Source: Camelus dromedarius
Taxonomy: Eukaryota
DNA: 64,000 bases
Assembly: GCF_036321535.1 (NCBI RefSeq)
Contig: NC_087436.1
Location: 6,200,001 to 6,264,000, forward strand
Reading direction: 5' to 3'
The position numbers and the translations under genes are program-made. Every line of letters begins with the position of its first letter. Position 1 is the stretch's first letter. The notes beneath the pieces are model-generated. The model was not told the DNA's origin. It worked only from the letters and a program-made list of their open reading frames with translations, and ran no database searches. Below, one piece after another: positions 42,890 through 55,450 of the stretch.

Positions 42890-43163
42890 TGTTTTTAATT
42901 TCATTGTAGTCAGTTTACAATGTTGGTTAATTTCTGGCGTTCAGCATAGTGATTCAGTGAGAGCTATAGATACATATATACCTTTTCAGATTCTTTCCCA
43001 TTACAGGTTATTACAAGGTATTGAATACAGTTCCCAGTGCTATATAGTAGGACCTTGTCATTTATCTATTTTGTGCATAGAATGAATACAAACTTCTGGT
43101 TACCAGGGAGGGAAGAGGGGGTGGGGGGGTAAACTGAGACTCTGAGATTTGCAGATACTAACT
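42890..43163 (-). mobile_element. L1 3' end (minus, 42890-43080) abutting an inverted L1 piece (plus, 43081-43163)
   Basis: Both parts match neighbouring segments of the L1 3' UTR seen at 63036-63597. Confidence 0.8.
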
Positions 43164-44747
43164 TTCAAGGACACATCCACCAGGCACTTCTTAAAGAGCG
43201 CGCTGAGCCCCAGGCTGTTTCTTCATTGTCGATTTCTAGTGGTGAGAAAGGACTAAGACACGTAGCGACATTTCTGTTGTTTCTACAGGAGAGCCATGAG
43301 CGCCACGCGCCACGTATGTAGACTAACAAGCACTTTAGAGTTTAGACCCTCGCTTTCAGGACGTCTGTAAATATCATACTTTTCCATTTTTAAACTACAA
43401 GAAAGCGTTCAAAGTCAGAGGTCGAAAAGACCCAACTTGGGTCATCTTCTTACTGCCTTTTTCTCCACATCAGATTGCTTCCTACAGTGTGTTTTTAAGG
43501 CGCTTTGTCTGATCTAATTTTGAATCACTCAACAGCCTGTGATGATTTCACTTCCCCAACAGACGGCTGCATCTCTCAGGTCCAACAGACCTTATTACTG
43601 AAAACGTGTGTTCAGCTGAACTTCGCCTCCAAAACCATGTGTCAGTCCTGTACTTCAGATCCATGCGCCTGCTTGGTGTGTATGTTAACACGGGTTGGGT
43701 GTGTGTGTTACACCTACAGACACAGAATCAGACTGTAAGACCTCAGATCACTGGGGTTTACTTTATTTTTCTCAGCCTCCAACTGGAGGCTAAATTCTGT
43801 CTCTGTATCAGTGTCTCTGTCTAGCAAGGGCTTGAGTAACTCTTAAATCATGCCTCCAGCTCTTCCCAGAATTTTGTTTATGGCCCTCCCTTCAAATTGA
43901 CATTCAATATACCGGAAATAATTTGACCAGGAAACCATAATCCTTAAATTCAGTGCCACTTTTCTTGGCATTTAATTTAGTTATATATAGAAATATATAT
44001 ATATTTCTGCTTAGTTTTAGCAGATTTTACCTAACTTTTTAAGGCCTAATAAAGCATATCTTAGATACCTATGTATCTGCCACATGGTTCTAATATACGT
44101 ACTTGTGTAGTGCACGCATTAAAACAATCACTCCGTTTCACTGTCACGTGGCGAAGCCCCAGAGTTACCACTGACGTGTCTCTGTTCTTAGATAGTAACC
44201 CTACAAAGAATCCACTTGGGGGTATAGCTTGTCAACTAAGCAGTTATGATTATTCACCACCATTACTGCCTCTTGTTCAAATTCACAGCTTCTCACTCTT
44301 TAAAAAGAAAAAAAGGCAAAATTTTTACAAAATTGAACTTCTGAAGCTGAAGATGATGGCCAACCATCATTTTTCCATAAAATGACTCTTTCTTCTTTTA
44401 GGAAAATCTATCCGTTCAGTGTTTACCTAACTAAAAATATATTCAGAAAAATCCAGGTGCTCCAGCCAAATATTTTGTGGGTGGGGATATTTTTAGACAT
44501 GTTGCCTTTCTTCTAAAGTTTCTTTTTTTAAATCCCATTTTCCTTCTGGTAGTGTTAGTTTTGTCTGTCAGAAAAAAAAAAGTTCTTATAAGTGACCTGA
44601 GTTATGTGCCTAGAGCCTAAACAAGGATGTCTCGGCTGCCCAGACCAGCTCCCCAAAGCTCAGTAGGAATCTGCAGAAATCCAGTGACTTTCCACACTTC
44701 GGCACCCCCATCCATTCTCACCGTGTCTTCAAAAAGTGGGCCTGTCA

Positions 44748-44937
44748 CACAGAGAACAGATGGTTCCCAGAAGGGGAAAAGGGGGTGGGAAGGGACAAAC
44801 TGGGAATTCAAGATGTGCAGATACTAACTACTATATATAAAATAGATTAACAACAAGTTTCTATTGTAGAGCACAGGGAACTATATTCAATATCTTGTGG
44901 TAACCTATAATGAAGAAGAATATGAAAATGAAAAAAA
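44748..44937 (+). mobile_element. Short L1 3' UTR copy ending at an internal A-rich site
   Basis: TSD aaaaagtggg(c/t)ct(g/t)tca at 44731-44747 and 44938-44954. Confidence 0.85.
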
Positions 44938-45084
44938 AAAAAGTGGGTCTTTCAAAGCCATTGTGGGAGTCTCTTCTTATCTCTTTCTCCTCAAAACAAT
45001 TACATGACTAATTTTATTGCCTGAACAAAGGCAATGGAATATATTCTAAACATGCTGCCAATATTGATAATGAAAAACGTCACA

Positions 45085-45320
45085 GCAGGCATTCACTGAG
45101 CGGCAGGTGTGTGCCAGGAATTGTGCCCTTAACTGTTTACATGTATTATTTGATTTTCACAGCAACCTTAAGAGCTAGGTGCCACCAGCAATCCCCTGTG
45201 ATACCTGAGGAAACTGAGGCACAGAGAGGCCAATTAGCTGACGCAAGGCCCCTCGGCTGACACGCGACAGGACTCAGGACTCTAGCCCCGATGTCTGTGA
45301 CTTCCAAGTGCACGCTTTTA
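45085..45320 (-). mobile_element. MIR
   Basis: tgaggaaactgaggcacagagagg core. Confidence 0.75.
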
Positions 45321-45702
45321 CGCGCCCTGAGTGGATGTCTCAGGTGCAGCCTCCGAGGTGGCGCTGCAGCACGACACGTGCATTTGTGCAGAACGCAAAG
45401 TGAGACTGCTTTCAATAAGATGTCAGTCACAAGGTTTCAGCAGAAACAAAAGAACTTCAGTGTAAGAGTTCAGGGAAAATTCATGAGGGGGAGGATATCA
45501 CTGTTGGGTTTTAAGAGCTAGGCAGTGTTAGCTAAAAAAAATAGGCAAAAGCATGCAGGCAGGAAATCAAAACACATCTTTAGAGAACCTGAGAGCAGGT
45601 AGACCAGTGCTTCTCAAATGGTCTGTAGTGAAAAGCCAGGTGTTTTCGATCTTTCTCTCCCCAGACCTGACACTGCATGCAGACTATTGTTTTGTTAAAA
45701 GG

Positions 45703-45795
45703 AAAAAAAAAAAAAAAAAGAGTAGAGTAGAATAGAATAGAATAAAATAAATAAATAGAATAAAATAATAGTAGAATAAAATAAAATAAAATAAT
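45703..45795. repeat. Poly-A followed by (TAGAA/TAAAA)n pentamer repeat
   Basis: Visible run. Confidence 0.9.
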
Positions 45796-48350
45796 TTATT
45801 ACTAGAGAAATGAAATTCTTTAAAAATACAAACAAGTATTTTGTTAGATTCAAGAGACAAAAATACTCTCCCAAGTTGATACCAAAGTGTCCAAATGCTC
45901 GATGTTGGCCCTGCTCTCTCCAAGGACTGGTCTGGACTGCCCGGGCCCTTGATCCCACGGTCTGGGTCTGCACCATCGGGAGAGGGAGGCAGGAAGGCAG
46001 GCGGCCAGAGTCAATGCTGAATAAGGGCTCTGTGCCCACAGGGGGAAGCTGGGAGATCTGCCGTGTCTGCAAGCCCCACCAGCCCTCTCTCCTGTAGGGT
46101 TGGAGGAGCGGTGACAGGCGAGGGAACACGGCATCAGGTGAAAACGTCAAAAGAGCAAAAACTGAAGGGAACCAAGGCAAGACGCTCTCAGGGGCTGAAG
46201 AGGGAGTAAAGTGAAGATGTACTTTCCAACCAAGGCGAGAAACTCCTCTCACTCAGTTCTTTTAGTTAAATTACACCACCTGGTACAGCCTTCTACCTGT
46301 TTCCTGCACCTCTTTGAGGGTCTGAGTGAGCTCAGGGGCGTGTGAGCATGTGTGTGTGTGTGTGTGTTTCCAGTCTGTTAAGTCAATAGCTTAAGCTTCT
46401 CACCATCTCTTGTCAAGTTACTGTGTTAAAGACCGCACCTTTAACGGGAACTGGTTTTAGCAAGTTGAAACGATGCAATAAGATAGGTAATGAGTGGAAC
46501 TGAGTAATTCACCATAGTAACGAACTCATCCAATGCTCGGCATACAGGAGGCACTTGATAAACGTTTATTATTGACAGAACCCTGCGGGAAGTCAGTATC
46601 CACTTCGTATTTGGCTATTTACAAAGCTCCTCCAAAACACTGCCTCCTTTGGGAAGAGTGAAGTAAACAAAATAATGCCAGCAGAGTAAGACATGGGTCT
46701 TTGTAAGACGGCATCTGGATGGAATGGAAAAAATGGGAAAGGAGCAAAAAATGGAACTGCCTGTGCTGGTCATTTGCTCTCGTCTGGGTCTCTCTAGGGG
46801 TTTCATTTCACTAACCGTGGACCGTGAAGTCTTACCTCTCACGGGGAGTCCATGTGACACCTGGCATGTAACAGACACGTGACAAAGATACAACAGGTAC
46901 AACCTCAGAGTGATAAATCAGTTTTCTGCAAGGTTCCTTTGAGTTCCAACGATTTCATTTGATGTCTCATTAGTTTTTAGAAAACACACGGAGAAAAACC
47001 TTTCTGTAATTATCTTATTTCAAAACGGCAGAAAGAATCACTACCACTGTCAGCCCCACCCTAAGCACAGAGACACACAAACATGTGGGCTTCTTTCTTT
47101 ATCAGCTAATAACTCACATTGGAAAATCCATCTGCTTCGGTGTGTCTTGATGGAAATCAGTGCCATGTTATCAGTGGGGCTAGATTTGGGTCCCTGTGGT
47201 CTAATAAACGTGTGAAGGTAGCCTAGATCACAGACAAGGACAGCCTCAGACGAGCCCCACAGTCCCCATGGGACTTGTTATTACAGACCTGGCCCTGTAC
47301 CTTGGCAACCTGACAAAGCAAAAGCGGTGTTCTCACCAGCCCGCACCTGCACCTCGTGGGAACTCTCACCCCGTAAAATAATGGCTTTCATTCTTCTTCT
47401 GTGCTACCATGGCAACAGGTGCCTGTAAAATTAGTCTGCATGCACATGTGACTACCAGAGCAGTTGCAGACGATGAGAAAAGTGGAAACCGTCTGCAGTA
47501 CGTGCATCTAACAATGGGCACCAGCGTCCCTGTGCCTCAGTCTCAGGAAGTTGCAGTCACTGCTCAGCATCACCGATACTCCAGAATTCCACATTTTACA
47601 GTAACTATCAGTGTGGACCAGTTCAGTGCAGTATCTCTAGTTGCTTTCACATCACTGAGTCATAAGTAAAGACAAAACAGTATTTCTTTACAAATAAGTA
47701 AAAATATTTTTAATGCTACAATATATTTGGATCTGTTTCTAAAGATGCGATCTGTTGAATTCATATAACCTCTGAATCAAGATGAGAACTCAAACATCAT
47801 CCTGCCACAGAAAGACCCTGAAGCGAGTCACTAGGCAAGTGACAACCTATTTTTAGAGAAAGAAAATTCATGTTCTATAATTTGCACAGGCAAAGCTGCA
47901 TGAAAATAGTGTCTACCAAAGGCGCACCCACCTTCCTGGATGCAAAGACTTCCAAAGAGCACTTGGACAAAGAAAAATGAAAATGTTTACATTTCATGAA
48001 GTTCTGATTTATAGAATGGATTTATATTAAGCCAGTAAAGTTACAATAGGAATAAAATAACCTTAACATAAGTAAAATTTTTTAAAAATGCTTTCTTTCA
48101 ATGAAATGAGGCACCATTTTTAACGAGTTAACATTAAATAGGGCTGCAAATAAGTTTAAAATTATGTACATTTACATCTCAGGGAATCGTGTCATTGAAA
48201 GCTTTTCCTTTGCTCAAAGTGGTGTGTGTTCATATTTAGCACCCTTAAGGAATGCCTATCAATGTCATTTCCCCCCTTACGTCGTATATTATTACAAGGA
48301 TATTGACAAAATAACATGAGGACTATACCAAAACATAATTGTGACCACGG

Positions 48351-48816
48351 TGATAAAGACTCTCGGCTTGATCGAACTTTAGCTGGGCTCCTGAACCTTC
48401 TCTTAGGCCCAGCTGTGCACTTTCTGATAAAATCGAGTTTCAGCAAGAGCCCTGCAAAGTCAGTTTGACCAGAAGCCCGTATGCTTGCTATCTGATCACT
48501 CTCAGCATCCGACTGGGTCCCCCAGGTGATGTCCGATCACCTGGCCTGTCCTTAGCAAGAATCTGTTGAGGCCAGTTTACCTGGACGCCCTTCTCCCTGG
48601 TGTTTCTTCTTAGTCATTTCTCCATCCGCTGACCCCTCTTCTACCCCTTGTGGGGCTGTGAGTCCCCACTCACACTGCTGCCTTCCAGGTTGAGCCCAGT
48701 CCCTCCCCCCCGCGGTAAACTCCCCCTGCAGTGGCCCCATACAAGCTGTGATGGCCCTGAGTAAAGTCGGCCTTACCATCTTTAACAGGCATCATTGAAT
48801 GTGGTTTTCTTTAACA
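48351..48816 (+). mobile_element. Solo ERV1 LTR, MER31-like
   Basis: Starts tgataaagactctc...gaactttagc and ends tttctttaaca. Terminal inverted repeat TGATAAAGA / TCTTTAACA. Confidence 0.75.
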
Positions 48817-48944
48817 ATGATGAACACAAGCTAATGTAATATATCCAAATGTTAAACTCACCTTTTTTATGGAAATCGCTTCTCTTTACAAAACTTAATT
48901 CTGTTAAACTGATTGTTTTCTGGTTATTGAACAATAAATGCTGT

Positions 48945-49305
48945 TTGAGAACAGAATGGGGTTACCAGGGGAGGGGGGAAAGGGAAAATATTGGTCAAAG
49001 GTACAAACTTTTAGTTAGAAGATTAAGCTCTGAGGATGAGACTGTATTTAACAATACTGTATTATACACTTGAAACTTGCTAACAAGAGTAGAACTCACA
49101 CAATCTCACCACACACACAAACACACACACACACACACACACACACGATAAGTATGTGAGGTGACGAATGTGTTAACTAGCTCAACTGTGGTAAATATTT
49201 CACAATGTATATGGAAATCCTATCACCGCATTGTACACTTTAAGCATATTCAATTATATTTGTCAGTTATGCCTCCATAAAGCTAGAAGAAAAAAAGAGA
49301 AAATA
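48945..49305 (+). mobile_element. L1MA-like 3' end with (CA)n
   Basis: ttggtcaaaggtacaaactttt, aacaatactgtattatacacttgaaa, ataaagctag and A-tail. Confidence 0.85.
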
Positions 49306-49322
49306 AACAAATAAACTCTGCT

Positions 49323-49500
49323 TTACTAAATTAAACTTTAAAAAGATTTATTTTTACACATATATGTAGAATTTCCTGTTTGAAAATGGATTTGTTTCTA
49401 TGCTCCCCGGGTTACTAAATTAAACTTTCTTAAAAATTATTTTTACATGTATATATAGAATTTCCCATTTGAAAATGGATTTATTTCTACACTCCCTGGT
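49323..49500. repeat. Two-copy 89-bp tandem duplication
   Basis: ttactaaattaaacttt...gaaaatggattt...ctccc at 49323-49411 and 49412-49500. Confidence 0.9.
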
Positions 49501-51299
49501 TGGCAAACAGCTTTGAAGCAAAACTCTTTATTAAAGTAGCTTGGATTCAAAAATGCCAGCTTTCCCTTAATTTTTTGAGTCTACTTCATGGGGCAAAATG
49601 AATCATAAATCTTTTAAAAATAATTACATAAAATATATATAGAGAGAGAGCGCGCCAGGTAAATATTTGCTTGGCCTTTCATTTTTCCTGTGGCAATACT
49701 GTTGTGTTACCCTTTCCATGGTTTTGTTTTTCCTTCCAGGCAGATTGATCTAGAGATCCAGTGCTTCGACCTCCTGTTTTCCTGGAACACAGCAGTCAAG
49801 GATGGTTTCAAACTGTCTATGTTTCAATGACATAGGATTAATGGGGAAGCCAGTCCCAAAAGCCAGCTCAAACAATGCATCAAGCCATCTTTGAGTCTCA
49901 AAAGATTATTTATGGACTCATGCAGGATTCCTCCAGTCCCTGTTGTCTCCAGCCCAGTGGTGGGGACGACTCAGGACTGAAGTGCACTGACTATGCACTG
50001 TATGGCAAGGCTTGACAGAAGCAAGAAGGACCCATAATTAAGTAAAATATGTTGTGCTTTTGATTAATAATTAAATTCGAAATGACCCAGAGATGTTCAC
50101 TTGGTTGTCAGTTAGCAAGTTGAGGCTTATGAATAGAATGTATTTGACCAGACATTTCCCCCGGGAAGCAGACTGATGCAAGAGGAAAGACCTACATCAG
50201 CCAGTCCCCCAGCCTGCCTTTTATGCAAATGATGCTTTAGCAGAATCCGAGCTCTCTGAATGCTAGCCGGTAGGAGGAAGGAATACGTAAAATTCTAAAG
50301 GCTTTTAGGTTGGGAGCAGACATCTGAGGATCTTTATGCTCCTTAAGAGGAAGGATAAGCTTTGAGACACAGAGAACCCTTCACAGGAAGTGGGCCAGGA
50401 CCCGGAGAGGCGCCTTCCTGTTGGAGAGGCCGGCCAGCTAACCGGCTGTGTCTGTGTGATGGACTGGGGTCAGTGTGGCTGGGAAGCTCTTTCTCTTCAA
50501 AGCTGCCTCCATGGAGAATCAAATAAATACCTTAAATTCCGTGGAGTGAAAGAATGTGGTCTCTAAAATCAGGCTTCTACCGGAGAAACCTTGTCAAAAC
50601 CCAAAAGACGGGATGTCAAAGGTCAGGGCCCTTGTATTTACTTTCCACGTTCTCTCATGTTCTCGCAGAGGAATTTTGAGTATCAGGAGTACATGCCATT
50701 TCAGGGCCACACAGAGTGAAACTCTGTGCCTTTTGAAATAAAGGGCAATGTAATTCGACTGTGGGTTTCCTAATCTCCCCGAGGCTTTGAAAAGACCAGC
50801 TTCTTAGTGGGAAGGATAAGCTAGCCGGTCAGTTTCTGCAGGAGGAGAGTTTGCAGCCTTCCTAGATGGAGCTGGCTGTGGGAATCAACCAGAAAGACAT
50901 CTGGGAAGGGATCACCCTGAGAAACAGGAGAACAATGGTCCCCACGCATGAGACGACATTGTGTCAGACTCAGGAGCCAAGACACAACCATTTGAAAGGA
51001 TGCCCGAGGCGCAAAGATTAATTGGGAATTGTTTAGCTAGAACACAGAAATGCCTCAATCCAAGTTTGCTGAATTTAATTGAACCCTGTAAGCAGTATCC
51101 TGTACTCTTATAAATCCTGCTTTTGTTTATAAAGTAGAATTAAAAGTACTAAGATAGGCTAATGAGAAAAATAGAACAAATGGCTGTAAGCCAATTATTT
51201 AAATAGAACATCTATGAAGCCAAGCAAAGCCTCTCATCTGATGTTAAAGGGTCCAAAGGCAATAATGTGGTATTTGTCACAGTAAGATTCCACCTCAGG

Positions 51300-51437
51300 G
51301 TTGAGGGGGGTGTACAGCTCAGTGGTAGAGCGCAAGCTTAGCATGCATGAGGTCTTGGGTTCAATTCCCAGTGCCTCCACTAAAAATAAATAAATAAATA
51401 CATAAACCTAATTACCCACCCTTCCCCCACAAAAAAA
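51300..51437 (+). mobile_element. tRNA-Ala-derived camelid SINE (Vic-1-like)
   Basis: agctcagtggtagagcgc...gggttcaattcccagtgcctcca head, (aaat)n, aaacctaattacc body and A-tail. Confidence 0.9.
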
Positions 51438-51514
51438 TATTCCTGTTCCAACCAAAGGAAAATTTCTTGGCTGATGCCTTGTAGAACTATGTTCTCAAGA
51501 AATACATGTGGAGA

Positions 51515-52062
51515 AAAATATAATTCAGAAAGACACCTGCACCCCAATGTTCATAGCAGCACTATGTACAACAGCCAAGACATGGAAACAACCTAAATGT
51601 CCATAGACAGATGACTGGATAAAGAAGTTATGGTATATTTATACCATGGAATACTACTCAGCCATAAAAAGAATAAAATGATGCCATTTGCAGCAACATG
51701 GATGGAACCAGAGATCGTCATTCGAAGTGCAGTGAGCCAGAAACAGAAAGAAAAATACCATATGATATCACTTATATGTGGAATCTAAAAAAAAAAGACT
51801 AAATCATTTACAAAATAGAAACAGACTCACAGACCTAGAAAACAAACTTATGGTTGGTTACCAGAGGGTAAAAGGAGGGTAGGAAGGGATAAATTGGGAA
51901 TTTGAAAATTGCACTTCTTGGGGAGTGATGGAACTATTGGCTATCTTGATTGTGGTGGTGGTTTCATGGGTGCGTAAATCTATCAAAAATCACCAAATTG
52001 TACATCTGAAATATGTGAAGTTTACTGAACAAGAACCATACCGCAAAAAGGTATTAAAAAAA
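51515..52062 (+). mobile_element. Young L1 ORF2-tail/3' UTR (to about 51912) joined to an older L1M 3' end
   Basis: atggaatactactcagccataaaaa motif, then ggagtgatggaactattggctatcttgattgtggtggtggtttcatggg of the older L1M type. Confidence 0.8.
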
Positions 52063-52429
52063 GAATAGACCGTCCCTCATATCCACCTCCGGGTTCAGCC
52101 CTATTTCTGGCACCATAAAACCGTAGCCCCCAGCCTGGCTAGACCCTGCACCTCTCCACTTGTTAAAGTAGGAGCAGTTGTTAAAAAACAGGAATATCAA
52201 GTTACAGAAAAGTGCATGTTGTCAACTGCATTTACAATATGCAAGCTTTTTTAAAAAAAACACACAGATATCCACTGATTATGTATGTAAAATGATTTTT
52301 AAATTGGCTGAAAAGATGCATACTAACCTCACAAGTGTGATCACCTCTGGGGAGAAGGTGCAGGAAGGAGACATGAGGAGATGGTCAGAGGGATTCTGAC
52401 TTTGAGGTATTTATGTCCCTAAAGTACAT

Positions 52430-52466
52430 TCTGCAGTCAAATGCTCTGCCCCTGAGCTATACCCCC
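52430..52466 (-). pseudogene. 5'-half tRNA-Cys(GCA) tailless retropseudogene
   Basis: Minus strand reads GGGGGTATAGCTCAGGGGCAGAGCATTTGACTGCAGA, the tRNA-Cys 5' half through the GCA anticodon loop. Flanked by a 12-bp direct repeat aagtacattctg (52422-52433, 52471-52482). No poly(A) tail. Confidence 0.85.
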
Positions 52467-52974
52467 TCTCAAGTACATTCTGAAAGCCAATGTGCACAAA
52501 AAAATTGACAGGATAATTCTAGAAGTTGGCAACATGATATTTGTTATGTTAGTCTTTGTTCTTTGGTTTTTTTTTTTTTTTATGTGTTGGCAAGGAGACC
52601 TCGAGGAACAGAATTTGAGAATAAAACCCAAGCTAGCTTCACAAATTCTGCAGGCTGAGGGTCCTGCAGTTAACAGACACATAAGGAGGTATTATCTGCA
52701 GTTTCCTTGTCTGTGCAAAAATGCCCCCACCCCAACCTGACCTGGACGGCACGTGCATGGAAACTGTGTCACGCGCTTGCATGGTTTCCCACAGCACAAA
52801 TGCTGCAATGCACAGCTCCACACTGCAGAACATCCAAGGTCAGACCTACACGCCCCTACCACCGAATACCTTGTCATATCTGGAGATTCAGGAGATCATA
52901 GCTATGCACATACAAATATACATTTACAGCAAGTTTAAATTCTAGGTGATAACTGCAGATCTGTCAGTGCATCA

Positions 52975-53297
52975 CTGTCAGTCCATTTAGCTGTTAGAAC
53001 AGTTTAGAAACAGCAAGCATCTAGCTCGCACAGGGCTGGAGGCTGCCAGTCTGAGACCTGGTGCCAGTGCGGTTGGTTCCAGTGAGGACCCTCTTTGGGA
53101 GCCGCACGTCTCACCGTGTGGCGCGTGGGAGGAGGGGCTGGGAGGACCTGCTGGACTTCTTTCATAAGAACACTAACCCCGTTCATGAGGGCTCTGTCCT
53201 CCTGACCTCATCACCTCCCAGAGGTCCCACCTCCTAATACTACACCCTGGGGGCACTGAGTCACATATGCATTTGGGGGGACATTCAGCCCGTAACA
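52975..53297 (-). mobile_element. MaLR LTR (MLT1A-like)
   Basis: catgagggctctgtcctcctgacctcatcacctcccagaggtcccacctcctaatac...gggggacattcagcccgtaaca. Confidence 0.8.
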
Positions 53298-54005
53298 GCC
53301 AGGTACCATGATAAATAGTTCATGTGCAACACTCCTGTTAATCTCACAACAAATCTCCAAGGGAAATCAAGTCATTTTCTTTTTTACATAATAAATCAAA
53401 GCTCTGAGAGACTATAAATGTGCCCAAATGTGACTATTGAAAAAGTGGAATTTGAGCCCAAGTTTCTTTTACATAAATGCTATTCAGTGCTATTTCTCTA
53501 TGATATTGATGAACTGAAAACTTGTAGAATTAAATATATGTATATATACATACTAGATGTTCTGCTGAGGAAAGGAGCTTACTCGGGTTAGTCCCATAGG
53601 CTCTGCAGAGACAGGATTTGGGCTGGACTTTGAGGCGTGGGCAGACTGTCCACTAGGGAAGAACTGGGCGGTGTTTTAGTGGGGACGGGAGAGCAGAAAA
53701 GAGTGAGGGGACGTGTTCAATTATTGACAGTTTGGAACAGACCAAACCACAAAACGCACACACACACACCCCCTGAAGTTAACTAACACATACCTTCTCA
53801 TTGTGTTTAACTGCCCAGTTCTCAGCCTCAGAGACACAAACACGGTACAAGAGTTATCGTGACAGATGAAAATAAAAAGGGAGTTAGAAGTTCAGGTCAC
53901 AGTGTTCCTTAAAAGTAATGCTGTTATTTTTTTTTTCTATATAAACTGTACCACTAGAGAACTAGATAAGAGATGAAGGGAAATTACTCTTTAAAGAAGT
54001 ATTCT

Positions 54006-54165
54006 GAGGGGGAGGGTATAGCTCCATGGTAGAGCACGTGCTTAGCATGAAGGAGGTCCTGGGTTCAATCCCCAGTAGCTCCATTAAAGAAAAAGTAACT
54101 AAAGAAAAAGAAAAATTAAAAAATTTTTTAAATAAAAATAAAAAATAAAAATAAAAAATTTTTAA
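54006..54165 (+). mobile_element. tRNA-Ala-derived camelid SINE
   Basis: tRNA-Ala head and long A-rich tail. TSD aaagaagtatt at 53993-54003 and 54166-54176. Confidence 0.92.
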
Positions 54166-54179
54166 AAAGAAGTATTTCA

Positions 54180-55015
54180 ACTAATCAATGAAGAAATAAT
54201 GCCAGAATTAGAATACCCCCATTTTTTGATGCCTGGTGACTGGAGAGGTTAATACTGAGCACCAATAGCTGCTACTATCATGACCAGACTGGCTCCCTGG
54301 ACATCTGCCAGGGTCTCCCAGTGTAACACATCACCATCTATAAAGGAGCCTGGATAAAATAAATTAAATCTAAATCTGATCAAGTCCCTAAGCCTGACAC
54401 CAATGTAGATGGAGCAGAGATTATAGAAGGACAAACAAAGTCACCAGAGAAGTGCAACCAGCGAACTCCAGAGTCTAGAGCTCTACAAAACCGGTGATCT
54501 GGTTCCTTCAGTAAGTAGACTGATAGGGGAAAAAACAGAAGTGATGGAGTGGAGTTTGTAGATTAAAAGATATACCAGCCATTCACCAAGGGTAGGCTTC
54601 ATCTGGATCCTGACTGAAATCAACTGTGAGATAGATAGGTAGGTAGGTAGGAAGGTAGATAGATGGATAGACAGACAGAGAGACAAACAGACATTTAGGG
54701 AGACAAGTATAAGTCTGACCACTGACTGCATGTTTGTCTGAAATTATTCCTAATTTTTCTTTTGAGTGGGATAATGGTCCTGTGCTTGCATGTTTTGTCC
54801 TCTAATGATACGTACTGAAATATTTACAGATGAAAGAATATGAGGTCTGGGATTGTTTCAAATTACTGCGGGCATCAGAAGTAGCAGAGACAGAGCCGAA
54901 ACAAGACTGGTCATGCGTTGATTAATTGTTATATTTGGATATAACAGGTACATAAAGTTTCGTTATAATATTCTATCTACTTTTGTATATGCTTAGTTTT
55001 TCCATAAGACATTTT
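54180..55015 (+). mobile_element. Old L1MC/ME-like 3' UTR with (GATA/GGTA)n insert
   Basis: aatctgatcaag, tggatcctgact, tactgaaatatttacagatgaaa and tctatctacttttgtatatg motifs. Confidence 0.7.
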
Positions 55016-55019
55016 TCAA

Positions 55020-55450
55020 TGCATTAGGGCATTTAGACTTTATTTTCCAATCAAATGGAAGTCTTGAGAGATTTTTTTTTTTCTCAAGAAGCAATATGAT
55101 TGAAAAGAAAGTAGGGATGATAAATTTAGCAGTGATTCACACAATAAATTGCCTCTGGGGCAGAGGTAGAGACAAGGAGGTCACTCGGGAGCCTCCTACA
55201 GCATCTTGCCCTGCATGGATGAGCCTGATCCAGGTGGCATTAACAGGAATGAAAAGAAAAAGGGACTGGAGGCATTTCAAAGAACTGTCAGAGTTTAGTG
55301 CTACTCAACTATGAGGCATCGAGCAAAGGAAGATGCCAGGATGACTCAAAGATTTCAAACCTGGCTGATTGAAAAATAGTAATGTCAGAAATAGACATAG
55401 GTTCAAGTCGAGACAGGAACTGTTAGGGAACGAGGTGACAAATGTGCTCC
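55020..55450 (-). mobile_element. L2 fragment
   Basis: ggatgactcaaagatttcaaacctgg-type antisense L2 motifs. Confidence 0.45.

Noticed and set aside
45695..46252. 185-aa ORF
   Set aside because: Runs through a pentamer simple repeat and poly-T, with no recognisable homology.
49990..51280. Possible ~1.3-kb ancient LTR (tgtatggcaa...ttgtcaca ends)
   Set aside because: Only vague terminal similarity and no TSD, so I cannot assign it without a Dfam search.
51303..51380. Apparent tRNA-Ala(AGC) gene (similar heads at 15772 and 54006)
   Set aside because: Followed by SINE body and A-rich tail, mutated relative to tRNA, and sister copies have TSDs. These are SINE heads rather than tRNA genes.
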